Source: Octopus bimaculoides (taxonomy: Eukaryota). From it: a DNA stretch of 64,000 nucleotides. Shown one piece after another: positions 24,872 through 38,049 of the stretch (its first letter is position 1; each line of letters opens with the position of its first letter). A program made the position numbers and the translations under genes. Location: contig NC_068990.1 of the NCBI RefSeq assembly GCF_001194135.2, forward strand, positions 1,094,002-1,158,001. The letters run 5' to 3'. Under the pieces are notes generated by a model. The model was not told the DNA's origin. It was given only the letters and a program-made list of their open reading frames with translations, and made no database searches.

Positions 24872-26361
24872 TTTCCTTCCTCCATTCAACCCTTCTCAAT
24901 TTTTAGAGATGTTGTCTACCCTCTCCCTCTCCCTCTCCCTCTCCCTCCCCTTGATACCCTCTTGTAAATCCCCCACCCACCNNNNNNNNNNNNNNNNNNN
25001 NNNNNNNNNNNNNNNNNNNNNNNNNNNNNNNNNNNNNNNNNNNNNNNNNNNNNNNNNNNNNNNNNNNNNNNNNNNNNNNNNNNNNCCCGAGGGGGCCACC
25101 TAGGACACCTCACCAATATTATCTGCCTCCTTGGAGTAACCAGCAGTGCATTCTCACATTCTCTCCTATCTGTGAGTAGCCAGGTAGCTCTGCCACAAGA
25201 ACTTGTTCTGCCCCTGCTTGCTTGGGCCTGCAGACTTATCAGTTACATGGTGACCTCTGTAGTGTGGATGTCATGTAAAAAGCATCCACTATATACTTAA
25301 AGTTTAAGTTAAGCTAAAGTTTCTTTCTTGAGTCATAAGGGCTGGTTTCCTGGTTTCCATGGCATATAAATTCCCCACCTGGATGTGACACCTGTCACTC
25401 ACAGCAGAAGGATGAAGTTCCTCCCTGAGTCATATAGACTCATAGAGCTGGTTTCCTGCTTACCATGGCATACATATTCCTTACCTGGATAGGATGCGAG
25501 TGGATCAGAGGATTATTCATTTTTTTGTCAGTCGAGTGAACTGGAGCAACTTGAAATGAAGTGTTCTGATCAAGAACACGACACGTCACCTAGTCCAGGA
25601 ATTGAAAACACAATCTTACGATGATGAGTCCAACACCTTAACTATGCCATGTACCTCCACCCACTTTATACTGTAAAGTGGTTAGGGTTAGGAACAGGGC
25701 ATCCACTGACAGAAACCTTACCAAACCAGATGCTGGAGCATGATGCCGTCCTTAGCTTTAAATGGGACTTTAAATGATGATGATAATCATGATATATCTT
25801 GTATGCAACCATAAGGATATGGGTTCAATTCCTAAATCAGACAGTGCAGTGTGTCTCATATATATATATAGATATAGATATGTTGTATGATGCAAATAAG
25901 AAGATGATATTTTTTCAAATGCAGAGTTGCTGTTAGAACAGCAAAAATATTGGGTGAATTACTATTACATGACAGAAAAATGTGTCAACAACCAGCCATG
26001 AGACTTGAACCTACATCTCCCTCAAAGACTCCAGCTGAGTTCTTTACCGTTAAGCCAAACTGCCCACTGACAAATTTACCACTGAATTTAGATGCTAAAT
26101 ATTAGCTTTATTGAAGAACCAGCAATTTACCCAGTATTTTTACTGTTCTAACAGCAACTCTGTATTCAAAAAAATTTCATCTTATTTGTATTGTACAACT
26201 TACATTTTTGATGCTTCTAATAAAATGAAAAAAAAATTTGCTTGCTTACATTTATACACACATGGTTGTATGTATAATTTTACTTTGATTTGTTTCAGTC
26301 ATTAGGCTGTGGCCATGCTGGAGCACCATTTCATCTATCTGTCTATCTATTTATATAGCTA

Positions 26362-26412
<51 letters not shown>

Positions 26413-26637
26413 TAAAATCCAGAAAATTTTCTAGATTTTAATTTGAATATTTATAAACCAAGTTTTATAATTAAGCCTATTATTTTAGGAATATTACTAT
26501 TCACAACAAAATAACAGGTAACAAACCAGTAATTCATTGGATATTTTCTATCCTTTAAGGTGGTTCATTAACCACTATTTAAATTTACACAGGGAGTTGC
26601 ACATACAACTGTGCAACAATAAAATTTAAAAAGAGAT

Positions 26638-26866
26638 ATAACCCTTTTGTTACTGTATTTATTTTCAGATGCTCTGTGTTTCTCTCAATTACTTTAACTA
26701 TAACAAAGAATTTAGTAAAATAACCTAGTTATCATTCAGCTAGTGTTAGGAACATAAATTGTGACTAAGGTTTGGTGGAAGATTTTAATTCAAAGTTTAT
26801 GAAAACAAGACATTTGTACTACAGAGCCAGAGCCAGTTTCAGCCAGGTTGGCAACAAAAGGGTTAA
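26638..26866. mobile_element. piggyBac-like MITE, family 2
   Basis: aTAA-CCCTTTTGTTAC...GCAACAAAAGGG-TTAA. Confidence 0.8.
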
Positions 26867-28289
26867 GGACCAAGTAAGAGAAGAAGGATAGATAAACCAA
26901 TCTAAGCCCTAAAAAATGGGGCACTTTTGTATCAAATAGAAACCTCATAATGCTTCATCCTTGCATATTGTTAATGTTGTCATGATAAAACTATTCAACA
27001 CTGGCCCCATAATTAATTACAAATTTCATTCGAGAAGGGGTACACATTTTCTATTGACTGAACACCAAAGATTAAGGGCAAAAGACAAAATAATCAATTC
27101 TATAATACCTTTGATACCGGACTGACTTGGTGCCTCAACTTAAAGACCTAATTCAACTGAATCTTAATTATTTCCTATACACATACTTATATATATATGT
27201 GTGTGTGTTTAAGGGTTGTGAGTCACATGTTGGTATATTGAAATCTTTGGTGGGATGGCAGTATACGTATGTGTGTGCGTTTTGGTGTGTTAGTAAGTGT
27301 ATGTGTGTTTGTCTGTACATATATATGTTAGTATATATGTACAAGTGTGTGTGTGCGTGTGTGTGTGTGTNNNNNNNNNNNNNNNNNNNNNNNNNNNNNN
27401 NNNNNNNNNNNNNNNNNNNNNNNNNNNNATATAGCTATGTGTGTGTGTTTTTGTGCTTGTGTTTGTTCCTCCATCATCACTTGACAACTGGTGCTGGTGT
27501 GTTTCCATAACGGCAAAAGAGATTGATAGAATGAGTACTAGGCTTAAAAAATAAGTCCTGGTCTTGATTTATTTGACTAAAACCCTTCAAGGCAGTGCAC
27601 CAGCATGGCCACAGTCAAATGACTGAAACAAGTAAAAGAATATATATGTATCACACACACACACACACACACACACATATGCATACTCACACACATAAAC
27701 AACATATGTATATAAGTTTTATTTTATGTGTGTGAGTGTGCATGTGTGTGTGTGTGTGTTTAAGGGTTGTGAGTCACATGTTGGTATATTGAAATCTTTG
27801 GTGGGATGGCAGTATACGTATGTGTGTGCGTTTTGGTGTGTTAGTAAGTGTATGTGTGTTTGTCTGTACATATATATGTTAGTATATATGTACAAGTGTG
27901 TGTGTGCGTGTGTGTGTGTGCATGTGTGCGTGTGTGCATGCATGTGTCTCTGTGTATCAGTTATTCACTTTTAGCTAAAGAAAAAATATTGATATATGGA
28001 GATAGAAATTTGTAATTTTCTGAAGTAATCTCATGTCTTTAGGGAAGGTCATAGCATTTGTCACTTGTACATGTTTCCTCAGTCATTTTCCAGACACACA
28101 TCATTACCTTTCTTAGGTGTATTAGTAACACAAGGTTAGCAGTAATCTATCTGGAAATTGCGATGTCTAAAACCAAAACCAAAACCAATTTTACTAGGAT
28201 AAAACACATCTTAGCTCTTATCTTTTACTTATATCAGTCATGAGACTGTGTTTTCTACTAAACCCTGAGCTGACCGAAAAACTTTGGAG

Positions 28290-28570
28290 TGGATTTGGCA
28301 GACAGAAAACTTCTTCCTCTACCTCCACCTATCTATTCCTTCCTCAAATTCTTATGAAAGCATCCACTCTCTCATCCCCTCCCATGATCCACTGTCCACA
28401 TCTTTTCTTATGCACACCTTTTTGTTCTTTGAGAGTTCGTTCCAGCACCCCATCATTACTTTCTATTATCTTCTCCATTGCTTGACACCTGTGATTGTCC
28501 TTCTAGCATACTTTAGCCTTTCAGCATCTGTTATGCAGCCACAAATCTCCACATTCTCCTCCTAAATACT
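28290..28570 (-). mobile_element. Degenerate RTE LINE C-terminal fragment
   Basis: Antisense resembles ETW...LERTE...MMRWM...IRKDV...GRGR. Confidence 0.5.
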
Positions 28571-28869
28571 TCTTAATAGTGCGAGCTTTTTCCTCACATT
28601 TCTTCCTTTTTTGTTCTTTTCTGTCTTGCAAGTTACGTGGCAATCTTACTGGTGCCGGTAAGGAGAGCATCAGCTGTAGACACCAATGCCAAAGATGCCA
28701 CTGGACATTAAGAGAGCCCTGTAGCTGAGGGATTGCCTGTCAAGGCATCCTACTGATGCCAGCATGGAAAGTAGATGTGTAGTAAGAAGTGTGCTTCCCA
28801 ACCACATGGTTCTGGGTTCAGTCCCATAGTGTGGCATCTTGGGCAGGTGTCTTCTGCAATAAGGATGGC

Positions 28870-29181
28870 ATAAGGATGGCATAAGGACTGCTATGAAGTC
28901 AATTGGAATGGCTCCAAAAGATATAGAAGTCCTCGCTTCAGATCGAGTTGGATGGCGAACAACGGTGTGGAGTGGAGTGAAAGCATTTGAAGAGGCCAGG
29001 ATGATGCAAGCAGGGCTCAAGAGACATTTAAGGAAAAAGGTGAAGACTGAGAGGGTGAATGACAAGGACCTTTTTGTGTGCACAGTCTGTGACAGACCAT
29101 GTCTGTCCTTGGCTGGCCTCAAATCTCACCTGCGAACCCATGGAAAACAAACCTCATCCAGCTATTCTGATTATATGTCTG
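28870..29181 (+). mobile_element. RTE (BovB-like) LINE C-terminus with C2H2 zinc finger, truncated by an assembly gap
   Basis: Open frame ...LASDRVGWRTTVWSGVKAFEE...CTVCDRPCLSLAGLKSHLRTH: the DRxxWR motif plus CxxC-x12-H-x3-H. Confidence 0.75.
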
Positions 29182-30073
29182 NNNNNNNNNNNNNNNNNNN
29201 NNNNNNNNNNNNNNNNNNNNNNNNNNNNNNNNNNNNNNNNNNNNNNNNNNNNNNNNNNNNNNNNNNNNNNNNNNNNNNNNNNNNNNNNNNNNNNNNNNNN
29301 NNNNNNNNNNNNNNNNNNNNNNNNNNNNNNNNNNNNNNNNNNNNNNNNNNNNNNNNNNNNNNNNNNNNNNNNNNNNNNNNNNNNNNNNNNNNNNNNNNNN
29401 NNNNNNNNNNNNNNNNNNNNNNNNNNNNNNNNNNNNNNNNNNNNNNNNNNNNNNNNNNNNNNNNNNNNNNNNNNNNNNNNNNNNNNNNNNNNNNNNNNNN
29501 NNNNNNNNNNNNNNNNNNNNNNNNNNNNNNNNNNNNNNNNNNNNNNNNNNNNNNNNNNNNNNNNNNNNNNNNNNNNNNNNNNNNNNNNNNNNNNNNNNNN
29601 NNNNNNNNNNNNNNNNNNNNNNNNNNNNNNNNNNNNNNNNNNNNNNNNNNNNNNNNNNNNNNNNNNNNNNNNNNNNNNNNNNNNNNNNNNNNNNNNNNNN
29701 NNNNNNNNNNNNNNNNNNNNNNNNNNNNNNNNNNNNNNNNNNNNNNNNNNNNNNNNNNNNNNNNNNNNNNNNNNNNNNNNNNNNNNNNNNNNNNNNNNNN
29801 NNNNNNNNNNNNNNNNNNNNNNNNNNNNNNNNNNNNNNNNNNNNNNNNNNNNNNNNNNNNNNNNNNNNNNNNNNNNNNNNNNNNNNNNNNNNNNNNNNNN
29901 NNNNNNNNNNNNNNNNNNNNNNNNNNNNNNNNNNNNNNNNNNNNNNNNNNNNNNNNNNNNNNTATATATATATATATATGATAATAATATTAGGGAATAA
30001 ATTATTATTCCAACCTTACAGGTAAAATTCAATATAATAATATTAGACTGAATTTCGTAATATATAATATATG

Positions 30074-30341
30074 TATATAACTAATTTAGAGATGAACCAC
30101 CATTCCACAACTCAGTCAATGAAAAACCTGTCCAAAACCATGCTGTGAGACATATACCATACAAAATACTAATCTAAAATTTTATATTATATGATTGTAA
30201 TAATCTTACGGTTCAATATTATATGTTATTAAAATTTTAGATTAGTATTTAGTATGGTATATGTCTCACAGCATGGTTTTGGACGGGTTCTTCATTGACT
30301 GAGTTGTGGAATGGTGGGTTGTCTCTAAATTAGTTATATAT
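30074..30341. repeat. Long fold-back / MITE-like inverted repeat (~110 bp arms, ~45 bp spacer)
   Basis: ccattccacaactcagtcaatgaa and aaaaccatgctgtgagacatataccatac are matched by exact reverse complements at ~30250-30315; few mismatches overall; TA-rich ends. Confidence 0.92.
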
Positions 30342-32189
30342 ATATGTATGTGTGTGTTTGTGTGTCTGTGTTTGTCCCTCCCCCCACCATTGCTTGATAA
30401 CTGATGTTGGTGAGTTTATGTCCTCGTAACTTAGTGGTTCGGCAAAAGACACTGATAGAATAAGTATACTAGGCTTACAAAGAATAAGTCCTGGAGTTGA
30501 TTTGTTCAACTAAAGGCAATGCTCTATCATGGTTGCAATCAGATGACTGAAACAAAAGCATAAAAGAAAGAATAAAGAATACATACACACATACAGAGAG
30601 AAATATGTATGTGTATATGTATATATGTATATATTTATATACACACATATACATACAAATATATATCTATCTATATCTATAAAGCAGAGTTTGTGTGTGT
30701 GTGTGCATATGTTCCTTATGCATTCAAAAACTTAGTTTCCGATTTTGATGTATTGGGTATCAAAGGATTCAGTAATCTTTTGGCTACCAAATAAACTTTA
30801 TTTTCATTTATATATTTGTATTACAAAAATTTTAACATTATAATCTTTCTTTAAGTCAGCTATCATAAACGACATTTTATACCATGATGATGACATCACA
30901 TTTTCTATTTGAGTGTGTATGTGTGTGTGTTTGCACGTTCGTTATGTACATTAGGCTGATGACTGAGAAGTATGTGTGTGTGAGTGTATGTGATGGTGTA
31001 TGTGTCTGTCAGTATACATACATTTTTTGATGACTGACACACACACACACACAGACACACATCTGAAGACGGAGACAGACACACAAAGGGACAGAGATAG
31101 GCCTGAGGTGTATGTGAATATATGTCAGTGTGTCTGTCTTACTATATGTATGTGACTGAACTGCCCAACAGTGAAACGCACCAATTTTGAAAGACTAGTT
31201 TAGTTGTGGCTTGGATATTGAACGGACATCAGCGTTCACTTTGAACTACCACTGTTTTGATTTTCCTTTCCATCATGGAAAGTTGTGGTTTAAACAGCAT
31301 TAGCGATTATCACTACTTATGGGCTGAAATATTATTCTGGCTTTTATAACCAGCCTGAAGATTTGGCAGATCTGACAGCACTCACAGCACTCACAAATGT
31401 ATCTGAAAAAATTTTATTCTGGTTATTAACAAATTTAGAAACTTAGCAAAGTAGAAAGCCTCAGCGGCTCTCTCAATATAATTACAGAAACGTTATTCCA
31501 GTCCTTATAACTAGTTTGAAGACAATGCTTTTTTTAACAGTGATAGCATCCGTATCATATTCCTGCTCTACTGCTTTATCAGTGTGAGTATTCAATACTG
31601 TGCAACCTTTTTACTGCATTAGTATCTATTCTACAGCCTATAACCTTACGCAGGTAAAATATATAGTAAGTGATGTCAAATTAATTTATGTCTTGCTACA
31701 CACATCCTTCAGTAAATGTTTTAAATTAATTAACATTCACAACAGCAACATATTCCTTTGTACACACTTTGTTCAGTGTTCATATTTTTGTATGAAAATT
31801 TGAATAATGCCTTCTGAATTTTCTTGGAGCTTGACTTTCTTCATTCTGACATTCAAACCTGAATTTTATGACATTTAGTACATGTTCCAAATAAATATTG
31901 ACTTGCTGTACTTTGTTACATTGATGAGGCATCATCATTTTTGCTAAATTGGTGACTTTCTGATGCTGGAACATTTCTTTTGGAAATATTCCTTAAAACG
32001 AAATTTTATAGCATAACTATGCTACAGAAAGTATGTTTTGCACCTATATTGACTACATTTCATTTTTCTTGAACTTCGTATGTATACGTTTTGCTATTTT
32101 CAATATTACCAATTCTATGAATGTCTATGTGTCTGTGAGAGTGTGTGTGTGTGTTTCCACATTTGTTATGTCTATGATAAACTATAGTA

Positions 32190-33290
32190 AAGGACATTTT
32201 ATGCCATTTCAATAAGCCCACATCTAATGCAGTAGCCATCCTTATGGTAGATGATCCCCATGAAAATTGTGATATTCTCATTTGTGCTTGAGATAACAAC
32301 CTTAAACATGTTTCAGAGACTCATCCCTCCAATGATACTCTCCAGTATCTTCTTATTCTGTGGAATGGACAAGATGGGTATCATTTCAATATTCCACAGA
32401 TTAAACCTGCAACAGGAGAGCCAATTACAAACAAAAGGGTGTCGTCAAATGACTTCTAATCTTACCAACTGATGTTAAGACTAGAACAATCAAATCAATT
32501 ACACATGTATGGTGATCTATTTCAGCAATACCTGGTTGATATGTATGCTAAAGTTGAGAGCCAACATCTCCTCTACATTCATAACAATCAAAAAAAGTTA
32601 AAGGCTAAAATTGTGTTCATCTCCAAGATACTCTGAGGACAGAGGGTGATATTCAAAACATGAGGCAACTTATAATCCTCCCATCATCATCATTCATAGT
32701 TGGTCCTCTCTATATGCACGAACAAACACAAGTTGCTATGATATGTGTCAGGACATGGAAAACCAGATCTTTTTGTCATTTTCACCTGCAATCCTTAATG
32801 GGAGGAAATGATATCTAACCTTCATCTAGCGTTGCATCTTCTGGTATTGCAGCTACCCTCCTCAATAGGGGAAGAATTACTCATTCCGTGTTCAAGCTCT
32901 AAACTTTGCAATGAAAGAATCTCAAATGTGCAACATTTCCAAAAACTCTGCAATGACAACAGCTCTCCAACAAACTTGCTCCATTGTTTGGGATGAGTGA
33001 ACTATGTCACATCATGGAACTCCAGAGGTACTTGACTGTACCCTCCAAGACATAAAAAAACAATAGCATGCTCATGAGAGGAGTAACAGTTCTTCTTCCA
33101 TAAGATTCTTGTCAAATGTTGCCAGTTATCCCCAAAGGATCAAAAGCTGACGAGGTCAGTGTATGCTTCAAAAAATCGTACCTTTGGAGACATGTAAAAA
33201 AACTTCATCTAACAAGCAACGTCGGAGTACTTCTACAAGGGGATCATACTAGCTTCTTAAGATTGGTAACAAGATATTAACATTGAACTC
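32190..33290 (+). mobile_element. Helitron RepHel pseudogene with internal deletions
   Basis: Frameshifted pieces SETHPSNDTLQY, DLFQQYLVDMYAKVE, VASSGIAATLL, IVWDE and LPVIPKGSKADEV match Helitron Rep N-terminal and Pif1 helicase motifs. Confidence 0.85.
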
Positions 33291-34109
33291 AAGACTGAGA
33301 TCACAATGGACATGTCAAAAAATAAACAAGAAAAGATAAAGGGTCCTGTGGTGTGGGGCTGCTTATGTCCTGCTGCAGTTTAATGTTATAACATGCATGA
33401 GAGAACTGTCAAAGGGAAAATAGCCTCAGGTGATAGTTAAGGGGAGGCAACTAGTACAAGTGATTCAGCGATTCATTAAGGCTACTAGGAAATACATTCC
33501 ACGCTGCAATTGTTTCATTCCAGCACATGATCTCAGATCAGGTCACTTGCTATGCAAGTACATCTCCGTAATATATATATATATATACATATATATAGTA
33601 TTTGTTTTCTATGATCCACCTTGGTTCCTGTTGGTCTAAGTCATACTAGAATTCAGAGTAGTTAAACAGTGAAACAGGTATGAGAATGGACACCTATGCA
33701 TACAGTGAAAAATAACATGAATATAGACAGCAGTTCATGCATAGTCAATTAACAAGTTTCAATATAAGCATGAATAAAAGTTAGATTTGCATAAATGTGT
33801 TTTAAGTAAAAATGTTCTTATGTTTCTGTTGGCAAAAATTAATTGAATAATTCATGTGTTGTGAAAATAGTGTTATTGACATGCATGGTCTGGCAGAAAA
33901 AGATTAATAGCATTCAGTATTTTGTTCAGCTAAAACATAGCTCATTTTAAAACTAACATTGGTGGTTCTGTCTGAAAAGAGCAAGAATAGAAACACCAAA
34001 GTGCTGAGAGAAAGAACATGCTTATGAATGTTGGTTGTTGAGTGAAAGAGCTGAGAGGGAGAATAGCTTTGAGTTCATGCTTATATAACAAAAAATGGTC
34101 CCAGCTATG

Positions 34110-35570
34110 GATTAATTAGCATATGCCCCTGGGAGTTCCTCTATGCTGATGACCTTGCCCTTATAGCTGAGTCACTATCAGAACTAGAGAAGTTTCAGGT
34201 GTGGATACAAAGTCTAGAATTGAAGGGCCTTAGAGTGAATTTAGCAAAAACCAAAGTCTTAATAAGTAAGAAGGCAGACAAACCACAAATCCCTTCAGGT
34301 AGATAGCCCTGCTCAATCTGTAGAAAAGGCGTAGATAGAAACTCCACAAGATGTACCTGGTGTAATCTATGGACACATAAGAGGTGCAATAATATCAAAG
34401 AAAGGCTAACTGGGAAGATAGATTTTGTGTGTGGCAAATGCACAATGACAATAAACACTGAAAATGTGCAGAAAACAACTTCTGTCACATGCCAGGGGAA
34501 AAAAAAACTAGAAGTATTTGATAGCTTCCATTACCTAGGTGACCAAGTCAGTAGTGGGGGTGGATGCTCTGAGAGTGTAGCTGCTAGAATAAGAATGACC
34601 TGGGCAAAGTTCAGAGAGCTCCTACCTCTGCTGGTAACAAAAGGCCTCTCGCTCAGAGTGAAAGGTAGACTGTATGATGCATGTGTGCAAACAGTCAGGC
34701 TACATGACAGTGAAACATGGGCTGTGATTGCTAAAGACATGAGTAAGCTTGCAAGAAATGAAGCTAGTATGCTCCGCTGGATGTGTAATGTCAGTGTACA
34801 TACACGACAGAGTATAAGTGCCCTGAGAGAAAAGTTGGACATAAGAAGCATCAGATGTGGTGTGCAAGAGAGACGACTGTGCTGGTATGGTCATGTGTTA
34901 CATATGGATGAGGACAGCTGTGGGAAGAAGTGTCACACCCTAACACTGGAGGGAACCTGTGGAAGAAGTAGGCCCAGGAAGACCTGGGAAGAGGTGGTGA
35001 AGCACAACCATCGGACGTTGGGCCTCATAAAAGTAATAACAAATGACCGAGACTTTTGAAGATATGCTGTGAGTGAGAAGACCTGGCAAGCCAAGTGAGA
35101 CCATAACCGTGGCCTATACCAGTGTAGCATAACCGGCCCATTTAAGAGTACCCTCTAATCATTGGGCAATAAACTATACTTGAGAAGACCTGTTGAGTCA
35201 AGTGAAATCATTGTCATGGCCAATGCCAGTACCGCCTGACTGGCACCCATGCTGGTGGCATGTAAAGAGCAACATTTGAGCATGGTCATTGCCAGTGCTG
35301 CCTTACTGGCTCCCATGCTAGTGGTACATAAAAAGCACCGAAAGTCGAACGTGCTTGATGCCAGTATTGCCTGACTGACCCTCATGCTGGTGGCATGTAA
35401 AAAGCACCAACTACACTCTCAGAGTGGTTGGCATTAGGAAGGGCATCCAGCTGTAGAAATCTTGCCAAATCAGATTGGAGCCTGGTGCAGCCTTCTGGCT
35501 TGCCAGTCTTCAGTTAAACCATCCAACCAATGCCAGCATGGAAAGCGGATGTTAAACAATGATGATGATT
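34110..35570 (+). mobile_element. RTE-clade LINE, 5'-truncated (RT C-terminal part, ORF end, 3' UTR, (GAT)n tail)
   Basis: LYADDL at ~34140, FHYLGD, RLCWYGHV, GRSRPRKTW; ORF 34427-35059; the 3' UTR ends ttaaacaatgatgatgat. Confidence 0.92.
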
Positions 35571-35579
35571 AGGGTTTGC

Positions 35580-35830
35580 CTACTTTTGCACAGGAAAACT
35601 AGATCTGGCAGATTCTGGGGGTAAAACCTTCATGGTTCAATGATAGGTAAGGCAGTTGCAGCAATGCATTGTGGATAGCAGAAAGCAAAACGAAGACATC
35701 TTGGTTATCCACTGCGTTGCTCTCCATGACTTGACCTTCCCACTGGATTGAAGCTGGTCACAGATGAATGAGTGAGGTTGATGGTGCACAACTCTTCTTC
35801 ATTTTAAGCAAAGTCACCATGCAAGTTATC
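35580..35830 (-). mobile_element. Degenerate RTE-type LINE C-terminal fragment (different family)
   Basis: The minus strand gives LRFAFCY...P...HGEQR..., resembling LRFAGHC...HG.RRRGRP. Confidence 0.4.
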
Positions 35831-36499
35831 AATCATCCTTAAAGATGACTAAATCACCCTCATCATTACTGGTTTCTGATTGACAAACAAAACTAATGAA
35901 ATATCACTTTCCCATGAGAACCTCATGTGAACTTGCTTGAGGTTACTACAATTCCTGAGTTAAATTTAAAACATTTTAATGTAAGTAATAGCCAACCATA
36001 CTTTTATCTTAAAAAATGTAATAACCCCAATGTGACTGCAGTCCAGTGTCTGACACCAGAAGAAGCAGAACATAATAAAGGCTATCAATGAACAGACATC
36101 TACATTAGAGGTCTTACTTAATTTTACAGATTAAGTACTAAACAATTTTATCCATCTGTCTGCTTTCCATTTAAAGATATGATATACTTTGTCCAATATT
36201 TTGAAGAAAAGAAGAGGAAGGGGAAACTTTTTTTTTTTTCTTTTCAATTCTTACCATCACAAGAGATCAATTTTTCTATTGCTTTCTGAAATTAGAATAT
36301 TAAAGATTCACTTTTAAGTATAGTTCTTCTTACCCTTTTTTTCTTTTCTCTTTTCTTTTTCTCTTTTTTTTTTTTGTCTCGTTTATCTTAAACGAGAAAA
36401 CAATACTATCTCTAACTTCTGATACTCTCCACTCCATTAAATAGATAATATTTCTCATGTTGAACCCAACACAAAATATCCTTTATTGAATATAGATTG

Positions 36500-37460
36500 T
36501 TACATTGTTGTTGTTGTTGATGTTGCTTCGCTGTTATTGTTGTTGTTGTTGTTGTCGTAGCCACTGTTGTTGTTATTGTTGTTTTATGTTGATGTGTCTT
36601 CCAGTGCTAGAGGCTTTTGTTTCCTTATATGCTCTTTCTTTTCTTTCACTGTTTTGTTTCTTCCAATCATTCTTTTTCTTAATTTTTAAAAAATTCTTTC
36701 TTTCTTTCTGTCTGCTATTATTTATTTATTTATTTTCTTCCTTGTTATTTATATTTTTCCTTCTATTTTTCCATCTTCTTCTTAATTTCTTTCTCTCCTT
36801 TGTGTGTTTGTGTACTTTTTCTTCTTTTCCTCATTTCACTCTTTCTTTCTTTTTTCCTATCTGTCTTCCTTTTTCTTCTTCATTCCTTCTTTCTTTTTCT
36901 TTTTCCTGTCTTTCTTCTTTTTTTCATTCTTTCTTTCTTCCTTCCTTCCTTCCTTCCTTCCTTCCTTCTTTCCTTGCTTTTTTCTCTTTCCTATTTTTCA
37001 GCTTTTTCCATTTTTTTCCGTCTTTCTAGTTCTTTTTATTTATTCATTTCATTCTTCCTTTCATTCTTTCATCCTATCTTTCTTCCTTCCTTCTTTCTTT
37101 CCTTCTTCCTTTCATTCTTTCATCCTATCTTTCTTCCTTCCTTACTATTTCCTTTTCTTTCTCTCATTCTTTCCTTCTTACATTTCTTCCTCCTCCTCCC
37201 TTCCATTTCTTTCTTTCTTTTTCATTCCTCCTTTCCTTTTTCCAACGTTTTTCTTTTTTATTTCATTTAACTTATTTTTTACCATAATCTAGTCTTTCTG
37301 TTTCTTTTCATTTATTAATTCCTTCCTTCCTTCCTTCCTTCCTTACTGTTTCATTTTGTAATTCTTTCTTTCTTCCTTCCTTTCCATCTCAACTTCTTTC
37401 TCTCCTCCTCCTCCTCCTCCTCCTCCCCTCCCCCTTCCTCTGTTAATTCTTACCATTCTT
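36500..37460. repeat. (TTG)n followed by a ~850 bp polypyrimidine low-complexity tract with (TTCC)n
   Basis: Directly visible. Confidence 0.9.
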
Positions 37461-38049
37461 CACACCATTCTCTTCCCTTCTATCCCCTTTTGTTCTCTGC
37501 CCCAAGAACATCAACTTAACGTTATCTCGACCAAAGAATCCACTATCTTTAAGGAACTATATTTTTAAAAAATAATTTTTAAATAATGCAAATCAATAAC
37601 CAATCAAAAATGTTGCAAAAAGACGTTCCTTATTTTTGGTACCTCAGTGACATTCAAGTACAAGAATATTATTTTGAATAAAGCTCACTTTCTCTTTGAG
37701 GAATCATTGGGATTGAACTCCTGAAAAAGAAGATGCATCCACACATATATGTGTATGTATATGTGTGTGTGTGTGTGTGTATGTGTCCTCTATGTGTTAA
37801 CATAGGTCTCCTAACAACAAAGTAAACTTCATTTAATCAAGCTACCCCTGGCCTGAAGAGTAGAGTGCGGTATCCTCTCGCTTGGATATTTACCTGATCT
37901 GAGAATCTGCTCATTATGGAACATACGTAGCCTGGATTTTATCTGCCCCATTCCTTGACTCTTGGATTTTTATTTGCATACCTAGCAACTCTGGTTGCCA
38001 ACTGTGAAATATAAAATAATTTTTTTTTAGCTTATTGTACTTCAATATT

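Noticed and set aside
27190-27920. Identical ~170 bp segments at ~27195 and ~27750
   Set aside because: Perfect identity beside an N-gap points to an overlap/haplotype assembly artefact rather than biology.
36505-37292. Phe/Leu/Ser-rich ORFs mimicking multi-pass membrane proteins
   Set aside because: They are translations of the polypyrimidine tract.
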